DNA from: Eledone cirrhosa
Lineage: Eukaryota
Assembly: GCA_964016885.1 (NCBI GenBank)
Contig: OZ024740.1
Location: 331,390,001 to 331,454,000, forward strand
Length of the DNA: 64,000 bases
Reading direction: 5' to 3'
In this document: positions 38,855 through 53,200 of the stretch, in pieces
How positions within the stretch are numbered: the first letter of the stretch is position 1
Layout of the letters: every line of letters starts with the position of its first letter
Notes under the pieces: model-generated
Seen by the model: only the letters and a program-made list of their open reading frames with translations
What the model was told of the DNA's origin: nothing
Database searches by the model: none
Made by a program: the position numbers and the translations under genes

Positions 38855-39065
38855 GCTTTCAAGTTTAGGTGGATGACTATTCCACAGACACACATACCCT
38901 TAAAGTATTTCTTAGGGAGATTCAGTGTGAATCAAAATGTGACAATGTTGGCCATTCGAATTACAGGTGTAACTCACATTTGCCATCTACGTGGACTGCC
39001 AGCAATCGCACTCACGACCTTACGACTGTAAGCCGAACACCCTACCCTCAATGACACGTGCCTCC
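38855..39065 (-). mobile_element. tRNA-derived SINE (third family), decayed
   Basis: Minus-strand head ggcacgtgtcattgagggtagggtgttcggcttacagtcgtaaggtcgtgagtgcgattgc resembles a tRNA with A/B boxes. Confidence 0.6.
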
Positions 39066-39221
39066 ATATATATATAAATATATATATGTGTGCTGTGTGT
39101 GTGTGTGCGTGTGTATCTGTAGATATATATATATATATAAATGTATATTTGAGTTAGAAACTCATTAAGGTCCCTTACAATTAAAATTAGCTCAAGGAAA
39201 AGATTTTCCGGGCTGTGTAAT

Positions 39222-39372
39222 ATAATTCAATATAGAGAGAAACACACAGATATATACACATCTGTATTCAGATTATAAGGAACCACTGTTCAACCTAGCA
39301 AATGTTGGTCCCTTATAATCTGAATACAGATGTGTATATATATCTGTGTTTTTCTCTCTTTATTGAATTATA
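39222..39372. repeat. Palindromic fold-back (~60-bp arms)
   Basis: tataattcaata...tgtattcagattataagg / ccttataatctgaataca...tattgaattata. Confidence 0.85.
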
Positions 39373-39887
39373 TATATATATATATATATATACATAACAA
39401 ATACCTTTATTGCTCTATATGGCAGCATACAGTAAATGTAATCTGAGCTTTTCGAATATTAATAACAATATTCGATTTGTTTTCAATTATGCAAACACCC
39501 TCTTTAAAACCATATCAGTAGAATGAACCCCTCGTTCTTGCACTTGGGTTGGCATATAAACAGAAAGGCAGATACTAATGTTTCTGGGTGATTACACTTC
39601 ATTAGTACCGTATAACTGTTTACCTGCCAACTGTCAGAGCTAGTAAAAATATATATTTTCTAAAATATACAATGACTGCTAGACCTGATTTGCATATTAG
39701 CAGACTGGCTGATCAGTAATCTCTGCATATTAACAGTCCCACTGATCAGAGAGGTTTTAGGGGATCTTTCTACTGACATGACCTTGAAGAAGCTGTTTGT
39801 ATTGTTGCAAACAAATCGAATATTATTATTAATATTCGAAAAACTCAGATTACATTTATTATGTATATATATATATATATATGTAAA

Positions 39888-39990
39888 CACAGGGTCTCTC
39901 AAAAAATGTATACATACTTGGATTACCTTTAAAAGCAGTATTTATTAGAATGCTTTTGATGTAGGTATACATTTTTGGGTCACATTATAT
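39888..39990. mobile_element. Decayed Tc1/mariner-type MITE
   Basis: Imperfect TIRs cagggtctctcaaaaaatgtatac / gtatacatttttgggtcacatta in a TA context. Confidence 0.45.
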
Positions 39991-41481
39991 ATCTCTCTCT
40001 CTCTACATGTATATATATATACATACTTAATGAGCGAGTGAAAGACAGAGAAATCAAAACCATTTTTTTAAATGGTCCAAATCTTTTGCCTAATATCTGA
40101 GATAGTTTTGCACATCTTATGTCTAATCCCCTTCATCCATACAAGGAGATTTTCTTTCAAAGAAATCCATAATCATCAGTAGAACACATAGGTCACTGTT
40201 CTATTTCAAAGAACAGATGTTTTCATATTCTCTCCTCTAATATTCCTTTATACAACTTACAAACAAATATATTGTAGTTATATAGAGAACTTTAGGTTAC
40301 TAATATCCTTGGATTAGTTTTTGTTTCGTTTACTTTTTGTTATATTCGTAATCTCTAAAGCTTGGTGCAGATAGAACTACGGATGGATATACATAGAAAT
40401 TCGATGATATGAGATACAACACATCTCACTCACAAACATACACATAGCTACATATATATGCACATATTCTTTTGTCTAGGGAAGCGATAAGAACTCACAA
40501 TTGTTTACATTATATGAAATCCTCCCATCAGTGTTAAGAATGAACAAATCTTTTATATTATTGCGTATTAATATTATTCACATACTGTACCAGCGTAATA
40601 TCAAATAAATATTCCTATATTTGGGTAAAAGGCCTGCAATTTGATAGGAACGTAAAAATCGATTAAATCGACCTAAGTGTGTTACAGGTACTTTATTTTA
40701 TCGATCCACTAATGATGAAAATCAAAGCTAAACTGCATGGGATTTGAACGCAAATCATAAAACGACGTGTTTATAAGTTGCATTGCATGTTGCCGAAGCT
40801 CTACTAATACTGTTAATCTACTGCCCTTGTTAAATACAAAATAATTTAGTCCGTTTGTTGGGGAGGGGAACGGCTATTAAATAGACACAGTTCGAAACTG
40901 GTACTTTATTTTATTAATCGCGCAAAAATGAAGGGTAATGCTAACCTCGGCTAGATTGGAACTCAGAACATAAAGCGCCGTAACTATATGTGACAAAAAT
41001 ATCGATACATCCACACTTGTATAATATCAAATGACAAAATTGATTAGGTGGAAACAAAATAGTTTTATGTAAATTAGTCTAATTGATTTAGTGAATGCAC
41101 AATATTTACTGGTTAAATATTCTACATATAGAAGAGACGACTACGAGCATGATTTCTGAAAATAAGTCAATAAATTTCAAAGCAATGCCATTCAATCAAT
41201 GAAAGTGATATCATCAAGTGTTTGCTTGCGTTTCTCCAAAGTGACATAGAGGCGACTAAAAAAATATTCATTTTATCATATTACCGTAAGGCACGCATAA
41301 CATTTGATATAAAATATATAGATTACACACGTGTCTAATATATAAGGATAAAATGTCGTGTAGAGTCAAATGAATTTATCTAAGACTATATATGGTAATA
41401 GTTACACGTATTTTTCGTTGTCAGTTCATAAGAGAAGCCAAACGGTAAACAGTTATAGTGATTAATCATGTGTAGGCATAC

Positions 41482-41519
<38 letters not shown>

Positions 41520-41520
<1 letters not shown>

Positions 41521-44400
41521 GGAAAAAAGATGGATTCGAAAATACGACTGAAGTCTTTAAAAAAACATATTTATTTTGATCCTTTACCGGTTTCGCAATT
41601 CTTGGGCTTTTCAAAAGTAAAATTGAGATGGAGCGTTTGTGGTTTTCCTCGCATCTGGTCCGTGTTCGAATGTTACTTATGCTTTATATGGAAAAAAGTG
41701 GCTCGAAATGCTAGGTTTTTAGAAAAGTAATGTGAATAAGTATAATAAATGTCGCGCCAGTTCGCGTTAAAAAATTATTATATTTGCCTTCAAAAAAGGG
41801 GGGGCTAGATTGTTTTTTCATATATGAGTGAAGTTTGGTTGGTCGATGCAGTCACGTGAATAGGCACATCAGCTTTCGGGCCAGTTTGTGTTTGAATTTC
41901 TTTTTACTTTAAAAAAAGTGGCTCACGAAGGTTTTCTTTATAAATGTAATTTGATTGCCCTTTCTATTCCATTACTAGGTGGATTGGCAGCATCAATAGA
42001 GGGTCGGACGCCATGCTTTCCAGCATAGTTACGTCCCTTTACGATCTGAGTTCAAATCCCGCCGAGGTTGACTTTGCCTTTCATCCTTACGGGGTCGATA
42101 AAATAAAGTACCAGTAATGCACTGGGTAATTACTGGCCTTGTGCCAAAAGTAGAAACAATTATTTATTAGTAATGGTGGGTACTGTATAACGAGCAAAAT
42201 TTCCTTTAATTCTTGAACTTTTTTATTTCGCGTTTCATAATTGGAGACAATTGTGCAAATTCTTCTTGCTAGGTTAAAAGGTCTTCGTGCAAACCAACAG
42301 ATTCCAAACAATACCTGCTATTCACCTTCAAACATCCAAAGCACACGAAGACGAACATCCCTTTTAACCTAGCAAGAAAAAATTGCACAATTGTCTCCAA
42401 TTATGAAACGCGAAATAAAAGACTTTAAGATTTAAAGGAAATTCTGCTCGAAAGACAATACCCAACATTACTAATAAATAATGGAATAGAAAGGGCAAAA
42501 GCAATAGGCATTGATGAATTACGGAAACAGAAACACATTCAAGGTACGCCCAATATTCTATCATATATCTCAACACACAAACCAAGAAATGCGGAAGCTT
42601 ACAACATTATTCACAAGAACATCCCACTATTGAAACACGACCCAAGAATGAAAATAGCCCTTGAAACACACAAAATAATCAAAAGAAAAAGACAACCGAA
42701 ATCACTAAAAACATTACTCACAAATGCCAAATTACCTACCACAAACCTACAGCAACTGTCAAAAAATGTGGTCGCTCTAATTGTTGAACCTACACTCCTC
42801 ACATCAGTGAAGGCAATATGTATATATTTCAAACAGTACAAAATGTTGCTGTAAAAATCACTTCACTTGCTCATAAAAAATCTACTTTATGCCATTAAAT
42901 GTAAAGGATGCAATGAAGATTATATAGGACAAACTAAACTCACACTCAGAAACAGAATGACAATTCATCGCCAACAATTACGAGACCCTACCACAAGACA
43001 GATACCACTCAGTGCACGTCTACACATATGCGCAAGTAATAAGACACCCAAATTCCAAGCCTTCCCATGTTATCTTTGCGCTGACATTACAACAGAACAA
43101 ATACGAATAAATAAGGAAAATATGTTTATTCAAAAATAGAGACCAGCATTAAATATAGATTAATATACATTATGTCAACACCATAACATGCTAACCATCC
43201 AAACAGACGCATACACACACACACACACACACACACACATAACACCTTCTATATTCGAAAATAAAATCCAGGGCTAAATAAACCTTAACATACGTTAATA
43301 GTCTAACACCTTAACGTGCTAACTATACCTCCCTCCCCCCACACACACATAACTCCCTACCCCCATTTCTAATAACGGAATCAATTTCCTACACACAAAC
43401 ACACAAAAATAATATATTCTATCCATCTTACCATGCTAACCATACGCCAGCACACAAACACATATAAGTACCACCCCATTTCTACTAGCGGAATCATTTT
43501 CCTACACACAAACACACAAAAAATAATATATATTCTTTCCATCTTAACATTTTCCTACACACACACACATATAACACCGATACACACACACACAACTCCC
43601 TCCGCCATTTCTACTAATAAAATCATCTTCCTACAGACACACACACACACACTCACACACCCCAGCACACAAACAAACATACATATCTCTACTTTCTTTA
43701 TTTCAATAGAAAGTCTGAATGTTGACACCCCAGCATATCAGTCATACTCACGGAACCAGAACAATTCTCTCCATCCCTTTTTTCTTGACCATTATCCTTT
43801 GTTTGGCACAAAATTCTCTAAATGGTTACAAAAATATTCCAAAATACGGGCGCGAAATTTAATGTACTTGTTCAAGTGACAGTCATAATTTCATTTATAA
43901 CCAATCAAATTACATTTATAAAAGAAGCCTTCGTGAGCCACTTTTTAAGTAAAAAGAAATTCAAATACAAACTGGCGCGAAAGCTGATGTGCTTATTCTA
44001 GTGACTGCATCAACCAACCAAACTTCACCCATATATGAACAAATCTAGCCCCCCCCCCCCTTTTTTTTTCTTGAAGGTAAATATAATAAGAACTTTGTAA
44101 GGCGACCTGGCGCGAAATTTATTATACTTATTCCCATTACTTTTCTAAAAACCTAGCATTTCCAGCCACATATTTCCATATATAACAAGTAAAATTCGAA
44201 CACGGACCAGATGCGAGCAAAACCACAACCCCTCCATCTCAATCCTACTTTTGAGAATCACAAGAACTGCGAAACCGGTAAAGGAACCAAATAAATATAT
44301 ATATATTTTTAAAAACTCCAGTTACATTTTCGATTTCATCTTTTTTCCTTACATTTTCACTCGTGTAGACACCTAGTTTTCTTTTTAGTTTTTTAAAAAA
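41520..44400 (+). mobile_element. Decayed 5'-truncated PLE (Neptune-like) with inverted pseudo-LTR
   Basis: 41520-41960 is the reverse complement of 43900-44350. Fragments TDSKQYLLF..HPKHTKTNIPFNLAR, KRKRQPKSLK and LLYAIKCKGCNEDYIGQT..LRNRMTIH. A short inverted ORF piece lies at 42160-42285. U3-A8 HHRs in both repeats. Confidence 0.8.
41985..42165 (+). mobile_element. tRNA-derived SINE
   Basis: A box tggcagcatcaa, B box gagttcaaatcc, and a ttatt tail. Near-full copy at 48176-48357; reverse decayed copies at ~40620-40980. Confidence 0.85.
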
Positions 44401-45051
44401 TGCCACTTTCTAATATATATATATATATATGTGTGTGTGTCTGGGTGTCTGTGTGTATATATACATATAATTATATAAGCGTATATAAATATACACACAT
44501 AAATACGCATATAACGCACGCACACACATACCTACAGTTTTAAATACACATATGTTCACTAAACATACATCAACCAAAACACAAAGTACACGTATACACA
44601 CCTTACATACGTGCAAACACTCATACACACACAAACACAAATTACACATATACACATAATCATATACACATGTACCACTATATATAATATAATATATACA
44701 CCTATAACAAATACAAGCAATTATACGTACGAGAATGTTTACGTACCTTCACAAAACATACGGGTAAGGTATACTTACGTATACAAATAAATAATGGTAT
44801 AAACATAAAATATACTTAGCTAACACATCAAGGCGTAAATTATCCGCGTATTGTTCGTACTATCCGTTAGGGTATAATGTGGGGCTATAATACAGGAAAG
44901 GTTTATGCAATTTATGTTCAAAAGCCGAAATTGCCTCCCCACTTTACCCTGAAGGATCAGAAACCCAATTTCACCAACAAGCCCTCTATTCGGCTTATTA
45001 ACCCTACGACGTCCGGTTTAGGTAGACTTAGTAAAAGGATTTTATATAGGA

Positions 45052-46074
45052 CTAGCAGTAAAGCCCGGCGTTGCTCGGGGTCGCTCAGTAGCTGTGTTAA
45101 AGTTACAATGTTAAGTTTCTTTTTTGGCTTAAAAACTGTAGTGTCTACTGTGCAGACTTGCATGTGGTGTTTTTGATTAATATTCCCTCAACCAACAACA
45201 TGCCTTATGAAGTTAAGAAAACATAACGATAACCCGAATGTTATAACAAAAGAGGATGCTGGGGATAAAAACTGCACTGGTTATTTATTAACAAAGATCG
45301 AAAATGTAAACACTGCAACGCAGAGAAAAACATTAGCGTAACCAAATTATCAGTTATGTCTGTCTGCACGCCTATATCACCTCTCTGCACGACTGTCTGT
45401 CTGCACGCCTATATCACCTCTCTGCACGACTGTCTGTCTGCACGCCTATATCACCTCTCTGCACGACTGTCTGTCTGCACGCCTATATCACCTCTCTGCA
45501 TGACTGTCTGTCTGCACGCCTATATCACCTCTCTGCACGACTGTCTGTCTGCACGCCTATATCACCTCTCTGCATGACTATCTGTCTGCACGCCTATATC
45601 ACCTCTCTGCACGACTATCTGTCTGCACGCGTATATCACCTCTCTGCACGACTGTCTGTCTGCACGACTGTCTGTCTGCACGCCAAACGAAATTTACAGA
45701 TACATATATTTTAAATAAACTTATATAATTTTTGCTTTTTTTTAAGAAATATTTGCTTGTTTTACGTAGTCTTTATGTGTTAATGTCATTTTAAACGCTG
45801 AGAAAGCCAGCGTAATTTTTTTAATTTTTGCACGCAGACGCTCAATGTAAACAGAACAAAGGGAAATAACTGATCACTTACGCTCAAAAATCGATACATT
45901 ATATTCGATTTCGTCAGATAGGGCAGGTCAATTTGAAATATTTTTTTCCGATGTCTTCGCTAGGGCTCAATGTACAAGTATAGCAATTTCAGTGCAATTC
46001 CGTGAGAGATTCTAAGAGGAGATGTGTGCCAAAAATCGAAGACAGACAGACAACCTCAGTTTTATATATATAGA
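45052..46074 (-). mobile_element. Non-autonomous Helitron
   Basis: a|TCtatatatataaaactg...ccccgagcaacgccgggctttactgCTAG|t. Removing it rejoins the PLE frame as KRILYR-IIPEIR. Confidence 0.88.
45357..45683. repeat. 37-bp minisatellite inside the Helitron, ~8 copies
   Basis: (ctgtctgtctgcacgcctatatcacctctctgcacga)n. Confidence 0.92.
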
Positions 46075-48175
46075 TTATACCTGAAATTAGATGCTGGCCT
46101 TTCTTGCACGTTGGAACAATTCTTTCGCCGTGATTGATTGGTTCAATGGCATATGCCACAAAGGACATTGCCGTTTTATCCAATTCGACATCAGTAACTA
46201 CTACTCCTCAATCACTTTACCACTTCTCCTTAGAGCTATCAATTTCGGTAAAATGCTCACGGTGGTTAAGGATTTCGAGGTTGATGTCATCCTCAATGCC
46301 CGTAAGTCCGAGATTAATTTCGACGACTCTATTTGTATTAAACAATCTAATAGTACCCCATTCAACATGAGTATGCGCGCCAGCGCTTCGGCGGAGGTTA
46401 CTGATCTTATCGACCTTTTCCTTCTTTTCTCTATCAAGGAAGAATTGCCCAATGTGGGCGATGGTTTGTACCGTGATGACAGTCTTTTGACAATGAAAAA
46501 GTGCGGTGCACGCGAATGCGACAGGTTCGGGAAAGTACTCACTGCTTCTTTAAACGCTTCAACCTCTCCATACAGGTTGAACCCCACCTCTCGTTCGTTA
46601 ATTACTTCGACGTTACCCTCAATCTGTCGAATGGCATGCAATGCCCGTATAGAAAGCCGAATAATACGCTTAATTACATAAGTAAGCATTCTAAACATCC
46701 TGCCAGTATAACCAAGAACCTGGTAAGAAACTTTCTTTGAGGCTTTCCCGTCTATCTACAAACGAGCATATTTTCACCGACCATTCCACATATTACAATG
46801 AAGCTCTTGCTCGGAGTGGATTTGTCGATAAGGTAGCATATACTAAGTATGAGCATAAACCAAGGAAAAATAGATCCCGATGCATTATATGGTATATCCC
46901 ACTATATAATATGGAGGTGGCCACACCATTAGCTGAGATCTTTCTCTCCCTTATTAAGAAGCATTTCCCTTCAGCACATAAATATAATAACATTTTTAAT
47001 AGAAATACCATTAAAATATTTTACTCTACGACTCCTAACCTTGCACATAACATCTCTTCTTCAAATTTAGCTAAATTACCTAGGCGTAGGAACACGGGCA
47101 ACCCTGTAGCTGGTACTAACCGTAATTGTAGGAATGGGGTTAAATGCCCTCTATCCGGTAAATGCCTCTCCAGTAACATTGTCCACAAATGTAAGGTCGA
47201 AACACCCGCGTCCCGTAGGGCATACATAGAGTTAACCGCCAATAGATTCAAGCACCGTCTTTACATGCACACCCATTCTTTTCTTAAGCCGTAAAAAAGA
47301 AATATGACGTCAATTTCAGCTTATATATGGAGTCTAAAAGACAACCACACCCAATATAGGTTACACTGGAAGATCCTAGCTTGGGCTAGATCGTATAACG
47401 GAAATAAATGACCATACGCACTTTGCGCAGCTGAAGCCCTGGAAATACTCTACGCCAATGACCACATCTTAAACAAAAAATATGAGGCAATTTCGTCTTG
47501 TAAATAAAAATTTCATAAAACTTTCCTGTATTACAGCCCCACATTATACCCTTACGGATAGTATAAACAATACGCGGATAATTCACGTCTTGATGTGGTA
47601 GCTAAGTATATTTTATGTTTATACTATTACTTATTTGTATAGGTATGTATACCTTACCCTTATGTTTTGTGAAGGTACGTACACCTTCTCGTACGTATAT
47701 GTGCTTGCATTTGTTATAGGTGTACATATTATATTATATATACTGGTACATGTATATATGTGGATTTTGTGTTTGTATGTGTATGCGTGTTTGCACGTAT
47801 GTAAGGTGTATACTTTGTGTTTTGGTTGACGTGGGTTTAGTGAACATATGTGTATTTACCTGTAGGTATGTGTCTGTGCGTGCGTTATATGCGTACATAT
47901 GTGTGTATATTTATATACGCTTATATAATTATACACACACACACACACACACAGATATATATATATATATTTTATGTGTGCGTGTACAGTTGTCGCGCGG
48001 GTTTATGTATACGTGCGCGTGGTTATGTGTACGTGCTTGTATATATGCATGCATGGCGGGTGTTTTCGCATATACATTTGTATGTAGGTATATGGACGGG
48101 TGTAATGTAAATTATTGTTGATTTCAGTAACCTTTGTCATTTTCGGTGTACTAATTTATTTACATTATTCTTAAC

Positions 48176-48357
48176 TGGCAGTATCGGTAGAGGGTCGGAC
48201 GCCATACTTTGCAGCAAAGAGTTACGGACCTTTGTAGTCTGAGATCAAAACCCGTCGAGGTTAACTTTGTCTTTCATCCTTACGGTGTCGATAAAATAAA
48301 GTACCAGTAATACACTGGTTAATTGCTGGCCTTGTGCCAAATGTAGAAACAATTATT
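48176..48357 (+). mobile_element. tRNA-derived SINE
   Basis: tggcagtatcggtagagggtcggacgcc...gccaaatgtagaaacaattatt. Confidence 0.85.
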
Positions 48358-48668
48358 CTTAACTATGAAGCCGAGAATCATTCGGTTTCCTAAACAGAAT
48401 ATTAGTCTACGACTTCATTTATACCATAAACGTGGTTTTGTCTGTGCGTGTAATTGTTCTCAGCGTTCCACATAACGACGTATTATCTTCGCTTTTTTCC
48501 GTTCATTGCCAGGGAACGTCGTCACCGACCAAAGTATCGAATTCCGTTTTCCTTCGTTTGCAACGTTTTTCAAAATATTTACTTCTGCGTTCACAGATTG
48601 ATTTTTTAGTTTGAGAAGTTCCGTTAAGGGTGAAAGCAGCGATTCTTTCCCCAAACTTTAATCTGGTA

Positions 48669-48714
<46 letters not shown>

Positions 48715-50126
48715 CATTATATATAGTTGCAGCTGCGATTAGTATATTTCGAAATAATTCTTCAGAATCTTGCACGAAGCACTCAATGAGATGATATCGA
48801 TAATTCGATAACATATAGCTCAGAGTAATAAAAATTCGTTTGGGGCGTAACACAGTAAAGATTGCAGCCGGAGAGATGTTGTCACAAAACCCACTACAAC
48901 AACGAACATGCATATATGGGTGTGTGTGTGCGTGTGTGCGTGTGCATGTGTGCGTGTGTGCGTGCGTGTGTGCGTGCGTCTGTGTCTGTGTCTGTGTCTG
49001 TGTGTTTCCGTGTGTGTGTGCGTGTGTGTGTGTGTGTGTGTGGAAAGACAAAGAAAAATTGATAAAGTTACAGATATTAAATCCATCGTATTTTTCTTTT
49101 TAATAAACCTTTTAGAAACGTTTTTTTTTACTGCATTTTAAACTTTTTTGCAGTAATATTTAAATATAATGTACTTCGTTGAACCCCTCTGTATTTCTAA
49201 ATAGATATCATATTTTTTAAATCAAATTTTAAAATAATAATTTTTTTATGAATGCGCATTAGCGTATTGTTAACTTAATTGTATTTCTACTAATACTCCT
49301 TAGATAGTATTAAATATGTCCTATAAGTATTCAATCTTCAAAATATTCATATTTAGTACGTTTTGCTTATACACATACATTCCCAGTGATAGATAAACAC
49401 CAATTCCTTTTACACAACATTTATTTTTCAACTTAACATAAATTCTCCTTAGTTGATTTCAATGTTATTCTGGGTGCGTGATTATTTGTAAGTGTATGTG
49501 ATTACGTGTGCAAGATTATATTAACGTGGCGCCAACTTTTATTCTATCATGGTAACGTATTACGTCAGTATAATTAATTAAACTTAAAGTGCACCAATGC
49601 TCAATTATGCCATGGGCCGCAACATGTTAGCTTTGTTTAAGCATGGATTCCTTTTCTCCTTCAATCGATAAATTGATCAAAACTAATATTATGTATTTTT
49701 CTATGACCATATTCCTGTTTTGAAAATATCTTCATTTTCAATTTTTTGCATTCTTTGAAATTAATTGAGGCCATACTGCCATTAATTTTTTCCATTTTTT
49801 TGGCGTCAAGAATAATGGATTATAAATTGTAGAAATGTATCCATCTAAATTTACAAATGTTAGAAAATAATTACGACTCTGCAGCATTAATTAATGGAAA
49901 CTATTTTTACATAGCCGAAAGAGAAAGCAATCACGCAATAAAGTAAAATAAAATAAAATAATTATTTCAGGCCAACACCAAAACTACTATGATAATATCG
50001 TAATTAATATATTCATAAAAGTTAAATGTTATAAAGATCAAGTGTTTATAAATTTAAATACTATTATTGATTCATTTCTGCGTCATAATTCCATGCATAT
50101 ATATAAATATATATATATATAACCAT

Positions 50127-50254
<128 letters not shown>

Positions 50255-50299
50255 GTATATATTGATTTAATCAATTTAAACGTCTGTATATAGCTAATA

Positions 50300-53200
50300 A
50301 GGTATGGCAGACTAAGGGAAGTATCAAGTCCTTCTTACAGTTGAAAAAGAAAAACAGATATACAACGATAAGGGAATATGAAAATGCAAAAAGCAAAAAT
50401 GTTAAATATAAATAAAATAAAACATTTAAAAAGCAAAGGTCAACAAGAGGCAACAGAGGTACTAAAATGATAAAGAAGAATTGGGAAGTAAGGGAAGCTG
50501 TAAAGCAGCTTGGAGGTGCTGGTCTTGATTCTTTTTGTAACCTCTGTGTACTCAAAAATATTGTTTATATTTGGTAGATCTATTGCAAGATGCTGTATCT
50601 CTAATTTTGGCACATTTTTAAGGATCGGTTTCAAGATGCACCCCTCCTCTCTGAGTGATAACAAAATAGTACCGACGAGTTACTGGAAAGTTACCACAAG
50701 AAAATAGGTGGTTCTCTACAATGAGTTCGTGATAAACTGTAATTCCAGTCCAATTCCAGCTTAGTTTTTTTATTTATTTTTGTTAGCATTGCTCACTGTC
50801 TGATATGTTTACATGTTGTCAGATCTGGTTGAAAAAGTGGAGGGTTGAAATCTGATAGCATATCTATAGATTGGTCTCCCAATTGTTCCACTCTTAACGA
50901 ATTATATTTTGGATAAATTATTCTGTTGCGATAGGTTTGGGATGTAGTCTCAATTATTTATTTTTGTATTCCCTCCTTTGCAAATTCATCTTCTTTCCTA
51001 TTTCCTCTAGTATCTGTGCAGCTTAGTATCCAAACCAATGTCATTCTTTTAAATTCTTTCTCTGAGATGTAGTTATCAATTCTTTGTAGATCACTCTCAA
51101 TATCTCTAACCCGACACTATTTTACTGGTCGCAACTTATATAGATTCAATAAACAATCAGTAAATGGAAAGCGCATTTCGTGAGCTGAGTGTATGGCTAA
51201 TATATTTCCCCACCACTCTGCGTCCAATATTGTGAAACCACGATGTGTGGTTCACAGACACACACTCACACTAAGGCAGTGTAGTTTTGAAAGGTGTATT
51301 TTACACAATACTTACCTACCTATATTACAAGTGTTGTTACTGGTTTATCCGATGAACGAATTTGATGTTTGTACAAATAAATGATTGATTATTAAAACCC
51401 TACGTATTATATATGAATAATGGTTTCTGCGTTAGGCGGCACAAAACCTACTAGAAAATGATACGTAGCTAGATAACCAGAGAAAGACCAGGATGTTGTG
51501 TGTCATTGATATAAAAATATTAGGATTTTAAAAAGGTATCCAACACTTAATTTGAAGCTCATCTGTCTATTATTATTTTTGAAGGATCAAGTAGCTCCAC
51601 ACCCAAATCCCTGTTCTGATTGTACCTGACCCCGTTGCTAAAACTGACTGACTGTACCATAATGTTATGGGATTCTTCTGCATCCTGTTTTGAGTTTTTC
51701 ATTATTACTTTAAACAATTTTACTTGTTCTTGACATGGAGAAAACTATATACTATGCTGTTACTTTTGCAGTTAAACTGAGACATTAGCAGTTTGCGTTT
51801 TCTAGATTATTCTATTAACAAGTGGGTAAGGGTTTACCTGCTTCGTGAAAAATAGTTATCGTGTAAATAAATCATAGACATCCCAATATAGCTTTGCCGA
51901 TTTGGATAGGAAATCTATCCATAGCTTGAAGCTAGCTCGTGCTTGTGTCTTCCCTAAACCCAACTGTCATACAAGATTTGAAAGTTCGTGATCCCTTATA
52001 ATTCAATCCTATGTATTTATATGTTAGGCAGTGGAATTTTCTTGAAATAATTTCGATTCCATGCCATATTGAGGTTATTTGTTTCAGTGTTTGCTTGAAA
52101 TGAGTTTACTATTTCAAGTGAAATTGTAACCAAATATCAAAGATCTTTATGAATATTTAAGATATCAATAGTAGTTTCATTAAGTATATTTCATTACATT
52201 GATAATTGAGAGATTCAGGATTATGGAAGTTAATCACTTGTGTTTTAAAATAATCAAATAGCTGGCTATTCCCTTTTGCCTGTTCAGTTGCAGTAGATAG
52301 TCCTACGCATAATCTGGTTTTGTTGTTGTTGATGATATTTGATGAAGTGTATGTTGATATTATTTGCAAAACCTGCCGCGTCCGCAATTTTATTTAGAGA
52401 TTGAATTAATTACTTTGTGTAAGATAAAAAGAGAATGGGGGGCACTGGAGTCCGTAGTGGGTGGCCGATTGTAAGTTAAATAATTTTGTTGTTCTCATTC
52501 CAGGCGTGTACTACGATTAGCTCGAATATTTTCTGCCTAGTTCAGAATACCAAATTGATGCAATTTATTTTTTTAAATAGAGTGTCATGAACTATCAGAA
52601 GCTCCCCAAGTGAGATCAAGCTGGTTGATTTGTTCAAGAGATTTGAGTCTCTGATGAATGTGATTATTTCATGTAGAAAAGTATCTTTATTTCTATTCAC
52701 TCGAAATCCGAAGTGAGATAATCGGTAAGATAATCTATTTCCTATAATGTTTTCTAAGAGTAGAGTCATTGAAGCATATGTCCTGGTAGACTGATCGGTG
52801 TTCTTGTTTGGTTTAGTTATTACTAAAATATGTGTAAATCTCCATATACCTTTATGAAGTTAAAAAATAATTTCATTATTCAATAAGTTTCGTACTATTA
52901 CTTGTACGAGACATCATGTTTCATTTATAATTAAATTAAATATTACTCCTGGACTGGTAGCCGTTTTTTTCTTTTAACTGAGTCTTATCTATTGTTTAAT
53001 GATATCAGGGAAGTCTACATTTAGAGTCTGATCGGTAGGAGCTGTGTAATTAGGATGAGGTTCTGTAAACGAACAATTCTGCAAACAACGATCAAAGTTT
53101 GAATGTCTGAGATTGCCTCACTATTGTGATTATGTATTAATAACAGTTGATTTGTTTGGGGTGGAGGTTGATCATTCAGTTGTATATGTTCCATATAACG

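Larger units (their letters stand above)
44440..48120 (+). mobile_element. Decayed PLE with a YRDD-type RT and an inverted 5' pseudo-LTR, interrupted by a Helitron
   Basis: 44440-44905 is the reverse complement of ~47510-47960. Motifs: FTLKDQK.NF...RLINP, FIQFDISNYYSSIT, GLYRDD, YRKPNN, IIWY, CRNGVKCPLSGKCL, YIELTANRFKHR. Confidence 0.85.
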
